Part shown: one piece after another, positions 16,491 through 32,000 of the stretch
How positions within the stretch are numbered: the stretch's first letter is position 1
Layout: the number at the start of each line of letters is the position of its first letter
Assembly: GCF_000742835.1 (NCBI RefSeq)
Contig: NZ_CP008941.1
Location: 1,757,690-1,789,689 of the forward strand
DNA length: 32,000 bases
Source of the DNA: Candidatus Odyssella acanthamoebae
GTDB taxonomy: Bacteria; Pseudomonadota; Alphaproteobacteria; Paracaedibacterales; Paracaedibacteraceae
Direction of reading: 5' to 3'
Position numbers and translations under genes: made by a program
The notes under the pieces: generated by a model
Told to the model about the DNA's origin: nothing
Seen by the model: only the letters and a program-made list of their open reading frames with translations
Databases searched by the model: none

Positions 16491-17306
16491 TTATTTACTT
16501 CTTTTTCTAATAATACTTTTCGTCGTACGCTTATTGGTACGAGTCTTTTTACCTTTTGTCGCAATACCCCAAGGCGTAACAGGGTGACGACCACCATTTG
16601 TACGACCACCATGCGGGTGATCCACAGGGTTCATAGCAATACCACGAACACATGGTCTCCATCCCAACCAACGGCTGCGACCTGCTTTACCATAGTTACG
16701 ATTCTGGTGATCTGCATTTGACACTGCCCCTATTGTAGCATAACAATTGCCATTTACAAGTCTTACTTCACCGGACGACAATTTTACAATTGTATTAGAT
16801 CCATCACGACCAGCAATCTGAACGTACGATCCAGCTGAACGAGCAATTTGTCCGCCTTTACCAATTTTGAGTTCCAAGTTATGAATAATAGTTCCAACTG
16901 GAATATTTTTCACAGGCATCGCGTTACCTGGCTTTACGTCTGCACTTTGGCTTGCAATAACCTTGTCACCGGCTTTAAGGCGTTGAGGTGCAAGAATATA
17001 GGCATGTTCACCATCTGTATACTTTATCAGAGCGATGAAAGCTGTACGATTGGGATCGTATTCTAACCGTAGAACTTCACCTTCTATGTCAAGCTTACGG
17101 CGTTTAAAATCAACAATACGATAGCGTTGTTTGTGACCACCACCGCGATTCCATGATGTAATACGTCCATGGTTATTACGGCCACCTGTACGCTTTTGAC
17201 CTTCTGTCAATGCCTTAAACGGCTTACCGGCCCAAAGCTCAGAACGATCAACATTCACAAGCTGGCGTTGGGACGGAGTCGTCGGTTTATATGTCTTTAG
17301 AGCCAT
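16491..17306 (-). CDS. rplB: 50S ribosomal protein L2
   Basis: 271 aa. The call rests on [15 protein letters not shown] and [18 protein letters not shown]. Confidence 0.97.
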   Translation of the reverse strand: MALKTYKPTTPSQRQLVNVDRSELWAGKPFKALTEGQKRTGGRNNHGRITSWNRGGGHKQRYRIVDFKRRKLDIEGEVLRLEYDPNRTAFIALIKYTDGEHAYILAPQRLKAGDKVIASQSADVKPGNAMPVKNIPVGTIIHNLELKIGKGGQIARSAGSYVQIAGRDGSNTIVKLSSGEVRLVNGNCYATIGAVSNADHQNRNYGKAGRSRWLGWRPCVRGIAMNPVDHPHGGRTNGGRHPVTPWGIATKGKKTRTNKRTTKSIIRKRSK

Positions 17307-17310
17307 TATC

Positions 17311-17619
17311 TTATACTCCTGATGCCATATCTATGGTCTGACCTTTAGTCAACGTTATAAATGCTTTTTTCACATCTGAACGTTGTCCTTCACGACCACG
17401 AAAACGCTTTGTCTTACCTTTTTGAACAACTGTGTTAACAGCCTCAACCTTTACGTCATAAACAAGTTCAACGGCTTGTTTAATCTGTGGCTTTGTAGAA
17501 TCACGAGAAACAACAAACGCTACTTGATTAACTTCAGAAAGACGTGTGGTTTTTTCTGTCACCAAAGGATAACGAATAACATCATATAGGTTGAAATTTA
17601 CTTTATTATTCTTTGTCAT
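17311..17619 (-). CDS. rplW: 50S ribosomal protein L23
   Basis: 102 aa. The call rests on [16 protein letters not shown]. It has a 4-nt ATGA overlap with rplD. Confidence 0.95.
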   Translation of the reverse strand: MTKNNKVNFNLYDVIRYPLVTEKTTRLSEVNQVAFVVSRDSTKPQIKQAVELVYDVKVEAVNTVVQKGKTKRFRGREGQRSDVKKAFITLTKGQTIDMASGV

Positions 17620-18239
17620 TTCAGCCTCTCTTCAAGAGCCTTAACAGCGTCTTTCGTAACAATAAGTTTATCTTTACGCATAATGTCATAGACGTTTGCG
17701 CCGTTGTAAGGCAAAACATCAAACTTTTCTAAGTTAGCCGCAGCTTTTACAACTGGATTCTCAGAATTTGCAATTGCATCAATCAATAATGCGCTTGGAG
17801 ACTGCAAAGCACCGATAACTTTTAGTAAATCTTTTGTCTTGCCTGAATCCACTTTAAAGGAATCCACAACAATTAATTCACCAGCTTGCATTTTTGCAGA
17901 CAAAGCGATCTTCAACCCAAGCTTACGAACCTTCTTTGGGAGTGAATATGCATGCGAGCGAACAACCGGACCAAATACAACACAACCACCACGGAATTGA
18001 GCTTGACGTTTACTTCCGTGACGCGCATTACCTGTCCCTTTTTGGCGGTAGATCTTTTTCGTTGATCCTTTGACATCTCCGACTTCTTTGGTCTTATGGT
18101 TACCTGAACGACGCTTTGAAAGCTGCCATTCGATAACGCGGGAGAGAATATCAACACGTGGCTGAAGACCAAAAATTTCTGGGCTCAGCTCAATATTTCC
18201 GGCTTTTTTGGCCTCAATATTTACGACATCAATTTTCAT
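17616..18239 (-). CDS. rplD: 50S ribosomal protein L4
   Basis: 207 aa. The call rests on [30 protein letters not shown]. Confidence 0.96.
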   Translation of the reverse strand: MKIDVVNIEAKKAGNIELSPEIFGLQPRVDILSRVIEWQLSKRRSGNHKTKEVGDVKGSTKKIYRQKGTGNARHGSKRQAQFRGGCVVFGPVVRSHAYSLPKKVRKLGLKIALSAKMQAGELIVVDSFKVDSGKTKDLLKVIGALQSPSALLIDAIANSENPVVKAAANLEKFDVLPYNGANVYDIMRKDKLIVTKDAVKALEERLK

Positions 18240-18271
18240 TTTTTAACCTATTCTTTTTTCTGGCAATACCG

Positions 18272-18913
18272 TTATGCAGGCTTCTTAATAGCGTCACGGA
18301 CATACACGATTCCACCTTGAGAACCAGGTACGCTACCACGAACAAAGATAAGGTTCTTTTCTGCATCTACACCATGAACGGTCAGGTTCATTTTAGTAAC
18401 TCGACGAGCGCCCATATGACCAGCCATCTTCTTATTTTTAAAGACCTTACCAGGATCTTGACGGTTACCCGTGGAACCATGGCTACGGTGACTTACGGAA
18501 ACACCGTGCGAAGCACGTAAACCACCAAAGTTATGGCGCTTCATTGCACCGGCAAAACCTTTACCGACGGATGTTCCAGTTACATCAATAAACTGTCCTT
18601 CTTTAAAATGATCAGCTTTAATTTCCAAACCTTGATCAAGAAGATTCTCAGAAGAAACTCTAAATTCTTTAATATGCGCACGTGGCTCAATTTCTTTTTT
18701 AGCAAAGAATTCGCGCATCGGTTTTGTTACATTATTTACTTTGGCTTTTTTAGAACCAATTTGGACGGCATCATAACCGTCTTTGGAATCAGCTGTTTTT
18801 TTGCCAACGACTATACAGTCGCTGACTTGGAGAACCGTGACTGGAACTAAAGTACCGTCAGCGGCAAAAAACTGCGTCATACCCACTTTTTCAGCGATAA
18901 GTCCAGTTCTCAT
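18272..18913 (-). CDS. rplC: 50S ribosomal protein L3
   Basis: 213 aa. The call rests on [16 protein letters not shown] and [21 protein letters not shown]. Confidence 0.97.
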   Translation of the reverse strand: MRTGLIAEKVGMTQFFAADGTLVPVTVLQVSDCIVVGKKTADSKDGYDAVQIGSKKAKVNNVTKPMREFFAKKEIEPRAHIKEFRVSSENLLDQGLEIKADHFKEGQFIDVTGTSVGKGFAGAMKRHNFGGLRASHGVSVSHRSHGSTGNRQDPGKVFKNKKMAGHMGARRVTKMNLTVHGVDAEKNLIFVRGSVPGSQGGIVYVRDAIKKPA

Positions 18914-18927
18914 TTGTCAAACCTATA

Positions 18928-19236
18928 TTATAGTTTAATTTCAACATCAACACCCGCAGCCAGGTCTAGCTTCATCAAAGCATCAACTGTCTGTGGGAGC
19001 CAATCAACAATATCAATCAGACGCTTATGTGTTCTGATTTCAAATTGTTCACGTGACTTTTTGTCAATATGCGGAGAGCGGTTTACAGTAAAACGCTCGA
19101 TTTGTGTTGGCAAAGGAATAGGGCCTCGTACTTTAGCGCCTGTGCGCTTTGCTGTACCAACAATTTCCTTAACCGACATGTCTAAAAGTCTATGATCATA
19201 GGCTTTTAGACGAATTCTTATACTCTGGCCTTCCAT
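18928..19236 (-). CDS. rpsJ: 30S ribosomal protein S10
   Basis: 102 aa. The call rests on [14 protein letters not shown] and [19 protein letters not shown]. Confidence 0.97.
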   Translation of the reverse strand: MEGQSIRIRLKAYDHRLLDMSVKEIVGTAKRTGAKVRGPIPLPTQIERFTVNRSPHIDKKSREQFEIRTHKRLIDIVDWLPQTVDALMKLDLAAGVDVEIKL

Positions 19237-19267
19237 ATTAAATAGCTCACTTTTCTTATGATTTCAA

Positions 19268-19285
19268 GGGGGAAATGCATCCCCC
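19268..19285 (-). other. GC-rich hairpin in the tuf-rpsJ spacer, possibly an attenuator or an S10-leader element.
   Basis: On the minus strand, GGGGGA-TGCATT-TCCCCC forms a 6-bp stem. It lies about 12 nt after the tuf stop. It is followed by CTTGAAATC, so there is no clean U-tract. Confidence 0.4.
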
Positions 19286-19297
19286 ATCTATTAAAAC

Positions 19298-20488
19298 TTA
19301 TTTTACGATTTTAGCAACGACGCCCGCACCCACGGTACGACCACCTTCGCGAATCGCAAAGCGAAGACCCTCGTCCATCGCAATCGGCGCAATCAATTCA
19401 ACGACCATACGAATGTTATCACCTGGCATAACCATTTCAACACCAGCTGGCAATTGGACTGTTCCGGTAACGTCTGTTGTCCGGAAGTAGAACTGTGGAC
19501 GATAGTTGGTAAAGAATGGCGTATGGCGACCACCTTCTTCTTTTGTCAGAATGTAAGCTTCTGCTTCGAAGTTTGTATGCGGCGTAATCGTACCAGGAGC
19601 TGCCAAAACTTGACCACGCTCAACATCTTCACGCTTTGTTCCACGCAGAAGAACACCAACGTTATCACCGGCTTCCCCTTGATCCAAAAGCTTACGGAAC
19701 ATTTCAACACCAGTACAAGTTGTCTTAACGGTGTCTTTTAGACCAACGATTTCGATTTCTTCACCAACCTTAACAACACCACGCTCAACACGACCTGTAA
19801 CAACAGTACCGCGACCAGAGATGGAGAAGACGTCTTCGATTGGCATCAAGAATGGACGATCTTTTGGACGTTCGGGTTGCGGAATATAGCTGTCAACAGC
19901 TTCCATCAACTTAAGAATCGCCTCACGACCAATTTCTGGATTCTTGTCTTCCAAAGCACAAAGAGCAGAACCACGGATAACGGGAATGTCATCGCCAGGG
20001 AAGTCATAAGAAGAAAGAAGTTCACGAACTTCTAATTCGACTAAGTCGAGAAGCTCAGCATCATCAACCATGTCAACTTTGTTCATGAAAACAACAAGAG
20101 CTGGAACACCAACTTGGCGAGCAAGAAGGATGTGTTCGCGGGTTTGTGGCATTGGACCATCAGCTGCGGAAACAACAAGAATAGCACCGTCCATTTGAGC
20201 CGCACCGGTGATCATGTTCTTAACATAGTCAGCGTGTCCTGGGCAGTCAACGTGGGCATAGTGACGATTGGTGGTTTCGTATTCAACGTGAGCGGTCGAA
20301 ATCGTAATACCGCGAGCGCGCTCTTCTGGCGCTTTGTCGATTTGATCATAGGCGGTAAATGTTGCCCCACCTGTCTCTGCCAAAACCTTTGTAATTGCCG
20401 CTGTCAAAGACGTTTTACCATGGTCAACGTGACCGATAGTTCCGATATTGCAATGCGGCTTGTTTCTTTCAAACTTTGCTTTAGTCAT
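19298..20488 (-). CDS. tuf: Elongation factor Tu
   Basis: 396 aa. It has the GTPase motifs [13 protein letters not shown] and NKVD. It sits in the conserved position after fusA. Confidence 0.98.
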   Translation of the reverse strand: MTKAKFERNKPHCNIGTIGHVDHGKTSLTAAITKVLAETGGATFTAYDQIDKAPEERARGITISTAHVEYETTNRHYAHVDCPGHADYVKNMITGAAQMDGAILVVSAADGPMPQTREHILLARQVGVPALVVFMNKVDMVDDAELLDLVELEVRELLSSYDFPGDDIPVIRGSALCALEDKNPEIGREAILKLMEAVDSYIPQPERPKDRPFLMPIEDVFSISGRGTVVTGRVERGVVKVGEEIEIVGLKDTVKTTCTGVEMFRKLLDQGEAGDNVGVLLRGTKREDVERGQVLAAPGTITPHTNFEAEAYILTKEEGGRHTPFFTNYRPQFYFRTTDVTGTVQLPAGVEMVMPGDNIRMVVELIAPIAMDEGLRFAIREGGRTVGAGVVAKIVK

Positions 20489-20518
20489 TATTAAATCCTT
20501 TTGTCAAAACAGCAAAGG

Positions 20519-22594
20519 CTAGCTCGCCTTTGCTACAATTTCATCTGCTACGTGTTGTGGAACTTGTTCATAGTGGTCGAACTGCATTGTGAACTGTGCA
20601 CGTCCTTGGCTCATAGAACGCAGTGTATTAACGTATCCGAACATACTTGCCAATGGAACCATTGCATTAATAACGCGAGCGTTCGCTCGTTGATCCATAC
20701 TTGAAATTTGACCACGGCGGCTGTTTAAGTCACCGATAATGTCACCCATGTATTCCTCAGGGGTCACAACTTCAACTTTCATAATGGGCTCAAGCAAACG
20801 AGGGTTACACTTACCAATTCCCTCGCGGAAAGCAGCGCGTGCTGCGATTTCGAAAGCAAGAGCACTCGAGTCTACATCGTGGTAGGCACCATCAATCAAT
20901 GTAGCCTTAAAGTCAATCAATGGGAAACCAGCGATAACACCATTATCCATGGCGGATACAAGACCTTTTTGAACGCCAGGGATGTATTCTTTCGGAACAG
21001 AGCCTCCAACGATTTTATTTTCAAAAATAAATCCTGAACCAGCTTCTAATGGTTCAAAAACAATCTTAACCCGACCAAACTGACCAGAACCACCTGATTG
21101 TTTTTTGTGAGTATAATCAACTTCAGCAAGTTTAGTAATGGTTTCACGATAGGCAACTTGCGGTGCACCGACGTTGGCTTCGACTTTAAACTCACGCCGC
21201 ATACGGTCAACGATGATTTCAAGATGAAGTTCACCCATTCCTTTAATAACTGTTTGGCCACTTTCATTATCGCTCGTAACGCGGAATGATGGATCTTCGC
21301 TAGCCAAACGAGACAAGGCAAGACCCATTTTTTCTTGGTCAGCTTTTGTCTTTGGTTCAACAGCAACCTCAATAACCGGCTCTGGGAATTCCATACGCTC
21401 GAGGATAACTTGTTTCGAAGAATCGCAAAGGGTTTCACCCGTTGTTGTGTACTTCAACCCACATACAGCAACGATATCACCAGCATGAGCCTCAGAAATA
21501 TCTTCCCGTGTATTGGCATGCATCAAAAGCATACGTCCCACACGTTCTTTTTGGTCCTTAACTGAGTTATGGATATAAGTACCGGTCTTAAGAACGCCTG
21601 AATAAATGCGAACGAATGTTAATGTCCCTACAAACGGGTCAGTCATAATCTTAAATGCCAAACCACTAAATGGTTCATCATCAGAGATCTTACGCACAAT
21701 TTCAGTCTCACCGTCTACTGTCGTACCCTTAACTTCAACCAGATCATCTGGGGATGGCAAGTAGTCAATAACAGCGTCCAGGAGCGCCTGAACACCTTTA
21801 TTTTTGAACGCACTACCACAAAGAACTGGAACAAACAAGCTTGCCAAAACACCTTTCCGGATAGCAGTCTTAATTTCTGCAACAGAAATTTCTTCGCCAT
21901 TAAGGTAACGTTCTGTCAAAGCATCATCAGCTTCAACGGCTGTTTCAATTAATTTTGCGTGATATTCTTCAGCCTGAGCTTTAAGGTCTGCGGGAATTTC
22001 AACGACGTCAAACTTTGCCCCAAGAGAATCATCTTGCCAAATAAGAGCCTTCATGCTAAGGACGTCAACAACACCGACGAAGTCAGCTTCTGCGCCAATT
22101 GGAAGATACAGCACGAGTGGACGAGCTCCTAACCGCTCAACAATCATGTCAATGCAGCGGAAAAAGTTTGCACCCATACGGTCTAGTTTATTCACAAAAC
22201 AAATGCGGGGAACGCCATACTTATCAGCTTGACGCCAAACAGTTTCAGATTGAGGTTCAACCCCCGCAACACCGTCAAAAACAGTAACAGCACCATCGAG
22301 CACGCGAAGACTGCGTTCAACTTCAATCGTAAAGTCAACGTGCCCTGGGGTGTCAATAATGTTGATACGATGATCATTCCAGAAACAGGTTGTAGCAGCT
22401 GACGTAATTGTAATACCGCGCTCTTGTTCCTGTTCCATCCAGTCCATGACGGCCGTACCTTCATGAACTTCACCAATTTTATATGATTTTCCTGTGTAAT
22501 ATAGAATGCGCTCAGTTGTTGTCGTTTTACCGGCATCAATGTGCGCCATAATACCTATATTGCGGTATTTAGAAAGGGGATGTGTTCTTGCCAT
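20519..22594 (-). CDS. fusA: Elongation factor G
   Basis: 691 aa. It has the motifs [17 protein letters not shown] and NKLD. It sits in the conserved position after rpsG. Confidence 0.98.
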   Translation of the reverse strand: MARTHPLSKYRNIGIMAHIDAGKTTTTERILYYTGKSYKIGEVHEGTAVMDWMEQEQERGITITSAATTCFWNDHRINIIDTPGHVDFTIEVERSLRVLDGAVTVFDGVAGVEPQSETVWRQADKYGVPRICFVNKLDRMGANFFRCIDMIVERLGARPLVLYLPIGAEADFVGVVDVLSMKALIWQDDSLGAKFDVVEIPADLKAQAEEYHAKLIETAVEADDALTERYLNGEEISVAEIKTAIRKGVLASLFVPVLCGSAFKNKGVQALLDAVIDYLPSPDDLVEVKGTTVDGETEIVRKISDDEPFSGLAFKIMTDPFVGTLTFVRIYSGVLKTGTYIHNSVKDQKERVGRMLLMHANTREDISEAHAGDIVAVCGLKYTTTGETLCDSSKQVILERMEFPEPVIEVAVEPKTKADQEKMGLALSRLASEDPSFRVTSDNESGQTVIKGMGELHLEIIVDRMRREFKVEANVGAPQVAYRETITKLAEVDYTHKKQSGGSGQFGRVKIVFEPLEAGSGFIFENKIVGGSVPKEYIPGVQKGLVSAMDNGVIAGFPLIDFKATLIDGAYHDVDSSALAFEIAARAAFREGIGKCNPRLLEPIMKVEVVTPEEYMGDIIGDLNSRRGQISSMDQRANARVINAMVPLASMFGYVNTLRSMSQGRAQFTMQFDHYEQVPQHVADEIVAKAS

Positions 22595-22613
22595 CTAGTA
22601 TTAACTCCCCTAA

Positions 22614-23084
22614 TTACCAACGATAGTGAGCAAACGCACGGTTCGCTTCTGCCATTTTGTGAGTATCTTCACGCTTTTTAACAGCCGCACCGCGATTGTT
22701 AACTGCATCAAGTAATTCACCCGACAAACGATCAATCATTGTCTTTTCAGAACGCTTACGGGAGCTACCAATAATCCAGCGGAAAGCCAAAGCTTGGGCA
22801 CGATCTGTACGCACATCGCAAGGAACTTGATACGTGGCGCCACCGACACGACGGCTACGGACTTCAAGGGATGGCTTAATGTTTTCTAGAGCTTCTTCAA
22901 AAATCTCTAGGGAGTTCTTACCACCCTTACCGTCGATTTTATCAAAAGCACCGTAGACGATTCTTTCAGCCACAGACTTTTTACCTTGGTACATAATGTT
23001 GTTAATAAATTTTGCAAGAACGATGCTATTAAATTTAGCATCAGGATTGATCTCTCTTTTTTCAGCCGCGCGACGACGTGACAT
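22614..23084 (-). CDS. rpsG: 30S ribosomal protein S7
   Basis: 156 aa. The call rests on [18 protein letters not shown] and the C-terminal AFAHYRW. Confidence 0.97.
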   Translation of the reverse strand: MSRRRAAEKREINPDAKFNSIVLAKFINNIMYQGKKSVAERIVYGAFDKIDGKGGKNSLEIFEEALENIKPSLEVRSRRVGGATYQVPCDVRTDRAQALAFRWIIGSSRKRSEKTMIDRLSGELLDAVNNRGAAVKKREDTHKMAEANRAFAHYRW

Positions 23085-23102
23085 GGTAACCTCTTATTCT
23101 CT

Positions 23103-23474
23103 TTACTTCGGACGCTTTGCGCCATATTTGGAGCGTGCTTGTTTACGATTTTTAACCCCTTGGGTGTCAAGTGTGCCACGAACGATGTGGTAACGCACAC
23201 CAGGCAAGTCTTTTACACGACCGCCACGAATCATAACTACAGAGTGTTCTTGTAAGTTGTGACCTTCACCTGGAATATATCCAGTGACTTCAAATCCATT
23301 CGTTAGACGAATACGGGCAACCTTACGTAACGCCGAGTTAGGCTTTTTTGGAGTTGTTGTAAATACACGAGTACATACACCACGCTTTTGAGGGCAAGCC
23401 TCAAGAGCAGGAACCTTATTTCTCGAAACTTTCGGAGCGCGTGGCTTCCGGATAAGTTGGTTAATTGTAGGCAT
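23103..23474 (-). CDS. rpsL: 30S ribosomal protein S12
   Basis: 123 aa counted from [12 protein letters not shown] at 23474, which is the universal S12 N-terminus. The 13-codon upstream extension of the raw ORF is not conserved-looking and has no RBS. A purine-rich AAGGGGA lies about 10 nt before 23474. Confidence 0.96.
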   Translation of the reverse strand: MPTINQLIRKPRAPKVSRNKVPALEACPQKRGVCTRVFTTTPKKPNSALRKVARIRLTNGFEVTGYIPGEGHNLQEHSVVMIRGGRVKDLPGVRYHIVRGTLDTQGVKNRKQARSKYGAKRPK

Positions 23475-23568
23475 GTGCCTATCCCCTTTTCTTTTACCTA
23501 TATTACTATTCACACTAATAGCTTGCCAAAACGCAAGGGCACCAGTATTTTCACACTAGTTTCCTTGA

Positions 23569-23597
23569 ATAATAAGCATGCTTTGTTAATATGTCAA
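23569..23597 (-). promoter_or_regulatory. Near-consensus sigma70-type promoter for the str (rpsL-rpsG-fusA-tuf) unit.
   Basis: On the minus strand, TTGACA (23597-23592) is followed by a 17-nt spacer and then TATTAT (23574-23569). It lies in the only large (139-nt) intergenic gap of the block, 16 nt after the rpoC stop and about 95 nt before the rpsL ATG. Confidence 0.6.
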
Positions 23598-23613
23598 CGA
23601 CTTGTTGCTATAT

Positions 23614-27798
<4,185 letters not shown>

Positions 27799-30700
27799 CT
27801 ATTGCTCAAAGGACATATTCAAACCAAGGGAACGAAGCTCTTTCACAAGCACGTTAAATGACTCTGGAATACCAGCTTCCATGTTGTCATCACCACGAAC
27901 AATCGCTTCATAAACCTTCGTCCGACCCGAAACGTCGTCTGACTTAACTGTCAGCATTTCTTGCAACGTATACGCCGCACCATATGCCTCCAGTGCCCAG
28001 ACTTCCATTTCCCCGAACCTTTGACCACCAAACTGGGCCTTACCACCAAGAGGCTGTTGAGTCACTAAACTGTATGGACCAATAGAACGAGCATGGATCT
28101 TATCGTCCACCAAATGGTGAAGCTTCAACATATAGATATAGCCCACAGTTGTTGGACGATCCAAGCGCTCGCCAGTGCGGCCATCAATCAAATACTGTTG
28201 ACCCGTTGTCGGAATTCCGCTGGCAATTAAGGCATCGGCAACATCTTGCTCAGAAGCCCCATCAAACACTGGTGTTGCAATCGGAATACCTCGCCGCAAA
28301 TTCTGCCCAAGCTCAAGAACTTGCTCATCCGACATAGCATCAATATCTTTTCCATCGAGCTTATCACTGTAAACCTTTTTAAGCTCTGCTTTTAAATCCG
28401 CAACCTTCGCGCTATTATGCTGCAGTTTGGTTACCACATCATTAATTTGTTTGCTTAGGCCTGCGGCAGCGGCTCCCATATGGGTCTCAAGAATCTGACC
28501 AACGTTCATACGAGATGGCAACCCGAGTGGGTTCAAAATAATATCAAGTGTCGTTCCATCTTCAAGATGTGGCATATCTTCCAAAGGAACAATACGAGAA
28601 ACAACGCCCTTATTTCCATGTCGACCCGCCATCTTGTCACCAGGTTGAATCTTACGCTTAACAGCAATAAAGACCTTTACCATTTTCAAGACACCAGGGG
28701 ATAACTCGTCACCGGTCCGTAGCTTTTCGACTTTACCTTCAAACCATTCTTGCAACTTTGCAAAACCTTCATCAAGGTGACGTTTCATTGCTTCTACATG
28801 GCTCATGATCTCATCATTATCAATGATAAGTTGTTTCCACTGATGTTTTGGTACTTCTGCAAGAAGCTCTTCGGTAATCTTGTCGCCAGTTTTAACGCCC
28901 TTTGGAGCTGAAGTAATCTTATGCCCCATAATCAATTCTTCTAGGTTTTTATAGAAGTTACGTTCTAAAATGGCGCGCTCAGCATCGCGGTCTTTTGCCA
29001 AACGTTCAATTTCTTGACGTTCAATGGTCAAAGCACGCTCGTCCTTATCAACGCCTCGGCGGGAGAAAACGCGCACGTCCACGATAGTTCCCGCAATCCC
29101 AGGCGGAACTCTCAACGAGGTATCACGAACATCCGATGCTTTTTCACCAAAAATGGCTCTAAGAAGCTTTTCTTCTGGCGTCATTGGCGACTCACCCTTG
29201 GGTGTTACTTTACCCACCAAGATGTCACCAGCCTTAACTTCAGCACCAATATAAATGATACCTGCTTCATCCAGGCTGCGCAGAGCTTCTTCACCAACGT
29301 TTGGAATATCGCGTGTAATTTCTTCATTGCCAAGTTTGGTGTCACGCGCCATGACCTCAAATTCCTCAATGTGTATCGACGTAAAGACATCGTCTTGAGC
29401 AATTCTTTCTGATAAAATGATTGAGTCTTCGAAGTTATAACCTTGCCATGACATAAAGCCAACCAAGACGTTACGGCCTAAAGCTAATTCACCTAATTCA
29501 GTTGCAGGGCCATCCGCAATAACGTCACCTTTTCTAATAATGTCACCCTTCTTAACCAGCGGCTTTTGGTTAATACAAGTGCTCATATTTGAACGTTGGA
29601 ATTTCTGTAGGTTATAAATGTCAACACCAACTGAATCATCCCCTTCTGTCCGTTCCGAGACACGAATAACAATTCGGCGACCGTCAACGCTGTCAACCAC
29701 ACCAGACCGTTTAGCCAGAACACAAGAACCGGAGTCTTTTGCAACGGTTGCTTCCATTCCCGTACCAACCAATGGCGCTTCGCATCGCAACAAAGGAACA
29801 GCTTGTCGTTGCATGTTTGATCCCATCAAAGCACGGTTTGCGTCATCATTCTCAAGGAAAGGAATCAACGATGCCGCTACAGAAACCAACTGCTTTGGAG
29901 AAACGTCAACAAGTGTAATATCTTCCCGAGGTTGGATAACGAATTCACCATTCTTACGACAGGTAACTAACTCGTCAGCAATACGACTCTCTTTATCCAA
30001 ATTGATGTTTGCCTGAGCAATAATATGACGGGTTTCTTCCATCGCTGTTAGGTAAACGATTTCATTGGTGACCTTACCATCTTTAACTTTGCGGTAAGGA
30101 CTTTCAATGAAGCCATATTGATTAACGCGGGCATAGGTCGCCAAAGAGTTAATCAAACCAATGTTTTGTCCTTCAGGCGTTTCAATTGGGCAAATACGGC
30201 CATAGTGGGTTGGATGAACGTCACGGACCTCGAAGCCAGCCCGATCACGCGTTAAGCCACCTGGTCCCAATGCTGACAAACGACGCTTGTGCGTAATTTC
30301 GGACAGCGGATTCGTTTGGTCCATAAATTGTGACAATTGTGATGAGCCAAAGAATTCACGAACAACAGCAGCAGCTGGTTTGGCATTAATCAAATCATGA
30401 GGCATCACTGTGTCGATTTCGACAGAGCTCATCCGCTCTTTAATCGCCCGTTCCATACGACTTAGGCCCACACGATATTGATTCTCAAGCAACTCACCAA
30501 CAGCACGAACACGACGGTTACCCAAGTTATCGATATCGTCAATTTCGCCGCGCCCGTCTTTTAGCTCAAGAAGGCCCTTGAGAATTGCAATGATATCTTC
30601 CTTGCGAAGAATACGAATTGCATCGGAACACTCCATATCCAAACGGGCATTCATTTTCACACGGCCTACGGCTGATAAGTCATATTTTTCGGCATCAAAG

Positions 30701-31968
30701 AATAGGCCTGTGAATAAAGCTTCAGCACCTTCTAGGGTTGGGGGCTCACCCGGGCGCATCACACGGTAAATTTCAAACAGAGCTTCTTCTCTATTATACA
30801 CTCGATCTGCAATTAGTGAGTTACGGAGGTAAGCGCCCACATTCACATTGTCAATTAAAAGGACCGGAATCTCTTTAAGATTAAAATTTTCTTCTAAAAC
30901 AGTAATTGTCTTTAGCGTTAGCTCTTCACCTGCTTCAGCATAAATCTCACCGGTGGATTCATTGATAAATTCCCGAGCAAGGTAGAGACCTTCAAGATTT
31001 TCGCTATAAACTAAAATTTCTTTTAATCCATCGATAGCAAATTTCTTAGCCATACGCGGAGTAATTTTTGTTCCAGCTGTTGCAATAACAGTACCAGTTG
31101 AGGCATCAATAAGGTCCGACGTCAACTTAACGCCGCGCCAATTGTCAGGGTTATAAGTTGTCTTCCAACCCTTTTTGTGCTTAGCATAAGTTACTGTGAC
31201 ATAGAAAGCATTCAAGATTTCCTCACGCGACATTCCTGTCACTGAGTTTGCCGGCAGGGTTTCGCCTTTAGCTTCCGCTTCAGCGCGCTTTTGGGCCGTT
31301 TCTGCAGAATCTAACGCCATTAAGAAAGCTGTAATTGGTAACTTACGGCGTCTGTCAATGCGGACATGGATTAAATCTTTTGGATCAAACTCAAAGTCTA
31401 ACCAAGAACCACGATATGGAACCACACGGGCAGCAAATAGATACTTCCCAGAAGAATGGCTCTTACCTTTATCATGATCAAAGAACACGCCAGGACTACG
31501 GTGCATCTGCGAGACAATAACACGCTCAACACCGTTAATGATGAAAGTTCCATTATCTGTCATCAACGGCATATCACCCATATAGACTTCTTGTTCTTTA
31601 ATGTCTTTAATGGATTTTGCGCCTGTATCTTCGTCAATATCCCACACTACAAGTCTAAGTGTTAATTTGAGAGGGGCAGCATAGGTCAATCCCCGTTGAC
31701 GGCATTCATCTTCATCATACTTTGGCTTATCAAAGTCGTATCTGAAATACTCTAGATGAGCTTTTCCGGAAAAATCAGTGATGGGAAAAGTTGTTTTGAA
31801 CACTTCATGTAAGCCGATTTCTTCTCTTTTGTTATAGGCAACACTTTGTTGCAAAAACTTTTCATAAGAAGACTTCTGCAATTCAATCAAATTCGGCATT
31901 TTTGCTTCATCAGAAATGCGACCGAAGTTTTTACGAAATCTCTTCATTCCGGTAAAAGATCTTACCAT
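27799..31968 (-). CDS. rpoB: DNA-directed RNA polymerase subunit beta
   Basis: 1389 aa counted from [16 protein letters not shown] at 31968. A GAGGGA Shine-Dalgarno sequence lies 5 nt upstream. The raw ORF starts 4 codons earlier at 31980, inside that Shine-Dalgarno sequence. Conserved beta motifs are present throughout (for example NMQRQAVPL and [15 protein letters not shown]). Confidence 0.97.
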   Translation of the reverse strand: MVRSFTGMKRFRKNFGRISDEAKMPNLIELQKSSYEKFLQQSVAYNKREEIGLHEVFKTTFPITDFSGKAHLEYFRYDFDKPKYDEDECRQRGLTYAAPLKLTLRLVVWDIDEDTGAKSIKDIKEQEVYMGDMPLMTDNGTFIINGVERVIVSQMHRSPGVFFDHDKGKSHSSGKYLFAARVVPYRGSWLDFEFDPKDLIHVRIDRRRKLPITAFLMALDSAETAQKRAEAEAKGETLPANSVTGMSREEILNAFYVTVTYAKHKKGWKTTYNPDNWRGVKLTSDLIDASTGTVIATAGTKITPRMAKKFAIDGLKEILVYSENLEGLYLAREFINESTGEIYAEAGEELTLKTITVLEENFNLKEIPVLLIDNVNVGAYLRNSLIADRVYNREEALFEIYRVMRPGEPPTLEGAEALFTGLFFDAEKYDLSAVGRVKMNARLDMECSDAIRILRKEDIIAILKGLLELKDGRGEIDDIDNLGNRRVRAVGELLENQYRVGLSRMERAIKERMSSVEIDTVMPHDLINAKPAAAVVREFFGSSQLSQFMDQTNPLSEITHKRRLSALGPGGLTRDRAGFEVRDVHPTHYGRICPIETPEGQNIGLINSLATYARVNQYGFIESPYRKVKDGKVTNEIVYLTAMEETRHIIAQANINLDKESRIADELVTCRKNGEFVIQPREDITLVDVSPKQLVSVAASLIPFLENDDANRALMGSNMQRQAVPLLRCEAPLVGTGMEATVAKDSGSCVLAKRSGVVDSVDGRRIVIRVSERTEGDDSVGVDIYNLQKFQRSNMSTCINQKPLVKKGDIIRKGDVIADGPATELGELALGRNVLVGFMSWQGYNFEDSIILSERIAQDDVFTSIHIEEFEVMARDTKLGNEEITRDIPNVGEEALRSLDEAGIIYIGAEVKAGDILVGKVTPKGESPMTPEEKLLRAIFGEKASDVRDTSLRVPPGIAGTIVDVRVFSRRGVDKDERALTIERQEIERLAKDRDAERAILERNFYKNLEELIMGHKITSAPKGVKTGDKITEELLAEVPKHQWKQLIIDNDEIMSHVEAMKRHLDEGFAKLQEWFEGKVEKLRTGDELSPGVLKMVKVFIAVKRKIQPGDKMAGRHGNKGVVSRIVPLEDMPHLEDGTTLDIILNPLGLPSRMNVGQILETHMGAAAAGLSKQINDVVTKLQHNSAKVADLKAELKKVYSDKLDGKDIDAMSDEQVLELGQNLRRGIPIATPVFDGASEQDVADALIASGIPTTGQQYLIDGRTGERLDRPTTVGYIYMLKLHHLVDDKIHARSIGPYSLVTQQPLGGKAQFGGQRFGEMEVWALEAYGAAYTLQEMLTVKSDDVSGRTKVYEAIVRGDDNMEAGIPESFNVLVKELRSLGLNMSFEQ

Positions 31969-32000
31969 TGATTCCCTCATTAAAAGTCTATTTAAAAATT

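Noticed and set aside
16160-16612. A 150-aa minus-strand ORF spanning the rplB end, rpsS and the rplV start.
   Set aside because: It is an off-frame overlap of three bona fide ribosomal protein genes with no recognisable motifs. It is spurious.
18158-18520. A 120-aa plus-strand ORF across the rplD/rplC junction. Similar antisense ORFs lie in the fusA, tuf, rpsE, rpoA and secY regions (for example 20114-20494, 21046-21438, 22192-22539, 10827-11090, 9198-9410).
   Set aside because: They are antisense or off-frame to conserved genes and have no independent support.
19237-19297. A promoter-like TTGAAA-17-TATTTA on the minus strand just upstream of rpsJ.
   Set aside because: The -10-like hexamer ends only about 2 nt before the rpsJ ATG. 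This would leave no leader or RBS, so it is probably a chance AT-rich match.
23475-23513. A 13-codon N-terminal extension of rpsL ([13 protein letters not shown]).
   Set aside because: S12 universally starts [10 protein letters not shown]. The extension overlaps the purine-rich RBS region and is not S12-like.
23522-23537. A small stem CTTGC/GCAAG in the rpsL leader, considered as a regulatory structure.
   Set aside because: It has only 5 bp, which is within chance expectation. It is mentioned only as context for the promoter.
31969-31980. A 4-codon upstream start for rpoB (MRES).
   Set aside because: That ATG lies inside the GAGGGA Shine-Dalgarno sequence that serves the ATG at 31968. The MVRSFTG.KR.RK.FG start resembles known beta-subunit N-termini.

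Overview
The window has two parts.

(A) nt 1-5860 is a visibly AT-rich accessory patch built from insertion-sequence debris.
- A truncated IS903-group (IS5-family) copy sits at the left edge (1-212, minus strand).
- A decayed IS6-family element lies at about 695-1369 (minus strand).
- An IS3-family fragment (about 4048-4681, plus strand) is cut by a complete IS903-group element with perfect 17-bp terminal inverted repeats (4682-5788, plus strand).
- The only non-IS cargo is two tandem paralogous genes (1613-2710 and 2793-3902, plus strand). They encode patatin-like phospholipases with apparent signal peptides and intact DGGGxR / G-x-S-x-G / D-G motifs.

(B) nt 5908-31968 is entirely on the minus strand. 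It is an uninterrupted 33-gene core block: rpoB-rpoC-rpsL-rpsG-fusA-tuf, the S10 genes, the spc genes with secY and adk, then rpsM-rpsK-rpoA-rplQ. Intergenic gaps are tiny. The only sizeable gap holds one near-consensus sigma70-type promoter. A textbook bidirectional intrinsic terminator (5858-5888) closes the block.

Gene order (adk after secY; no rpsD, rpmJ or infA) and the protein sequences look alphaproteobacterial. The IS load and the patatin genes would fit an intracellular (Rickettsiales- or Holosporales-like) lifestyle, but that is inference only.

I found no rRNA, tRNA or CRISPR array.

The best candidate for something new is the IS903-bracketed, Tn903-like module carrying the exported patatin pair. 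It is inserted about 70 nt beyond the ribosomal superoperon terminator. Its IS903-type transposase is split at an A6 run yet shows a purifying-selection signature between the two copies.

All alignments, counts and motif calls were made by hand from the sequence. No database searches were run.
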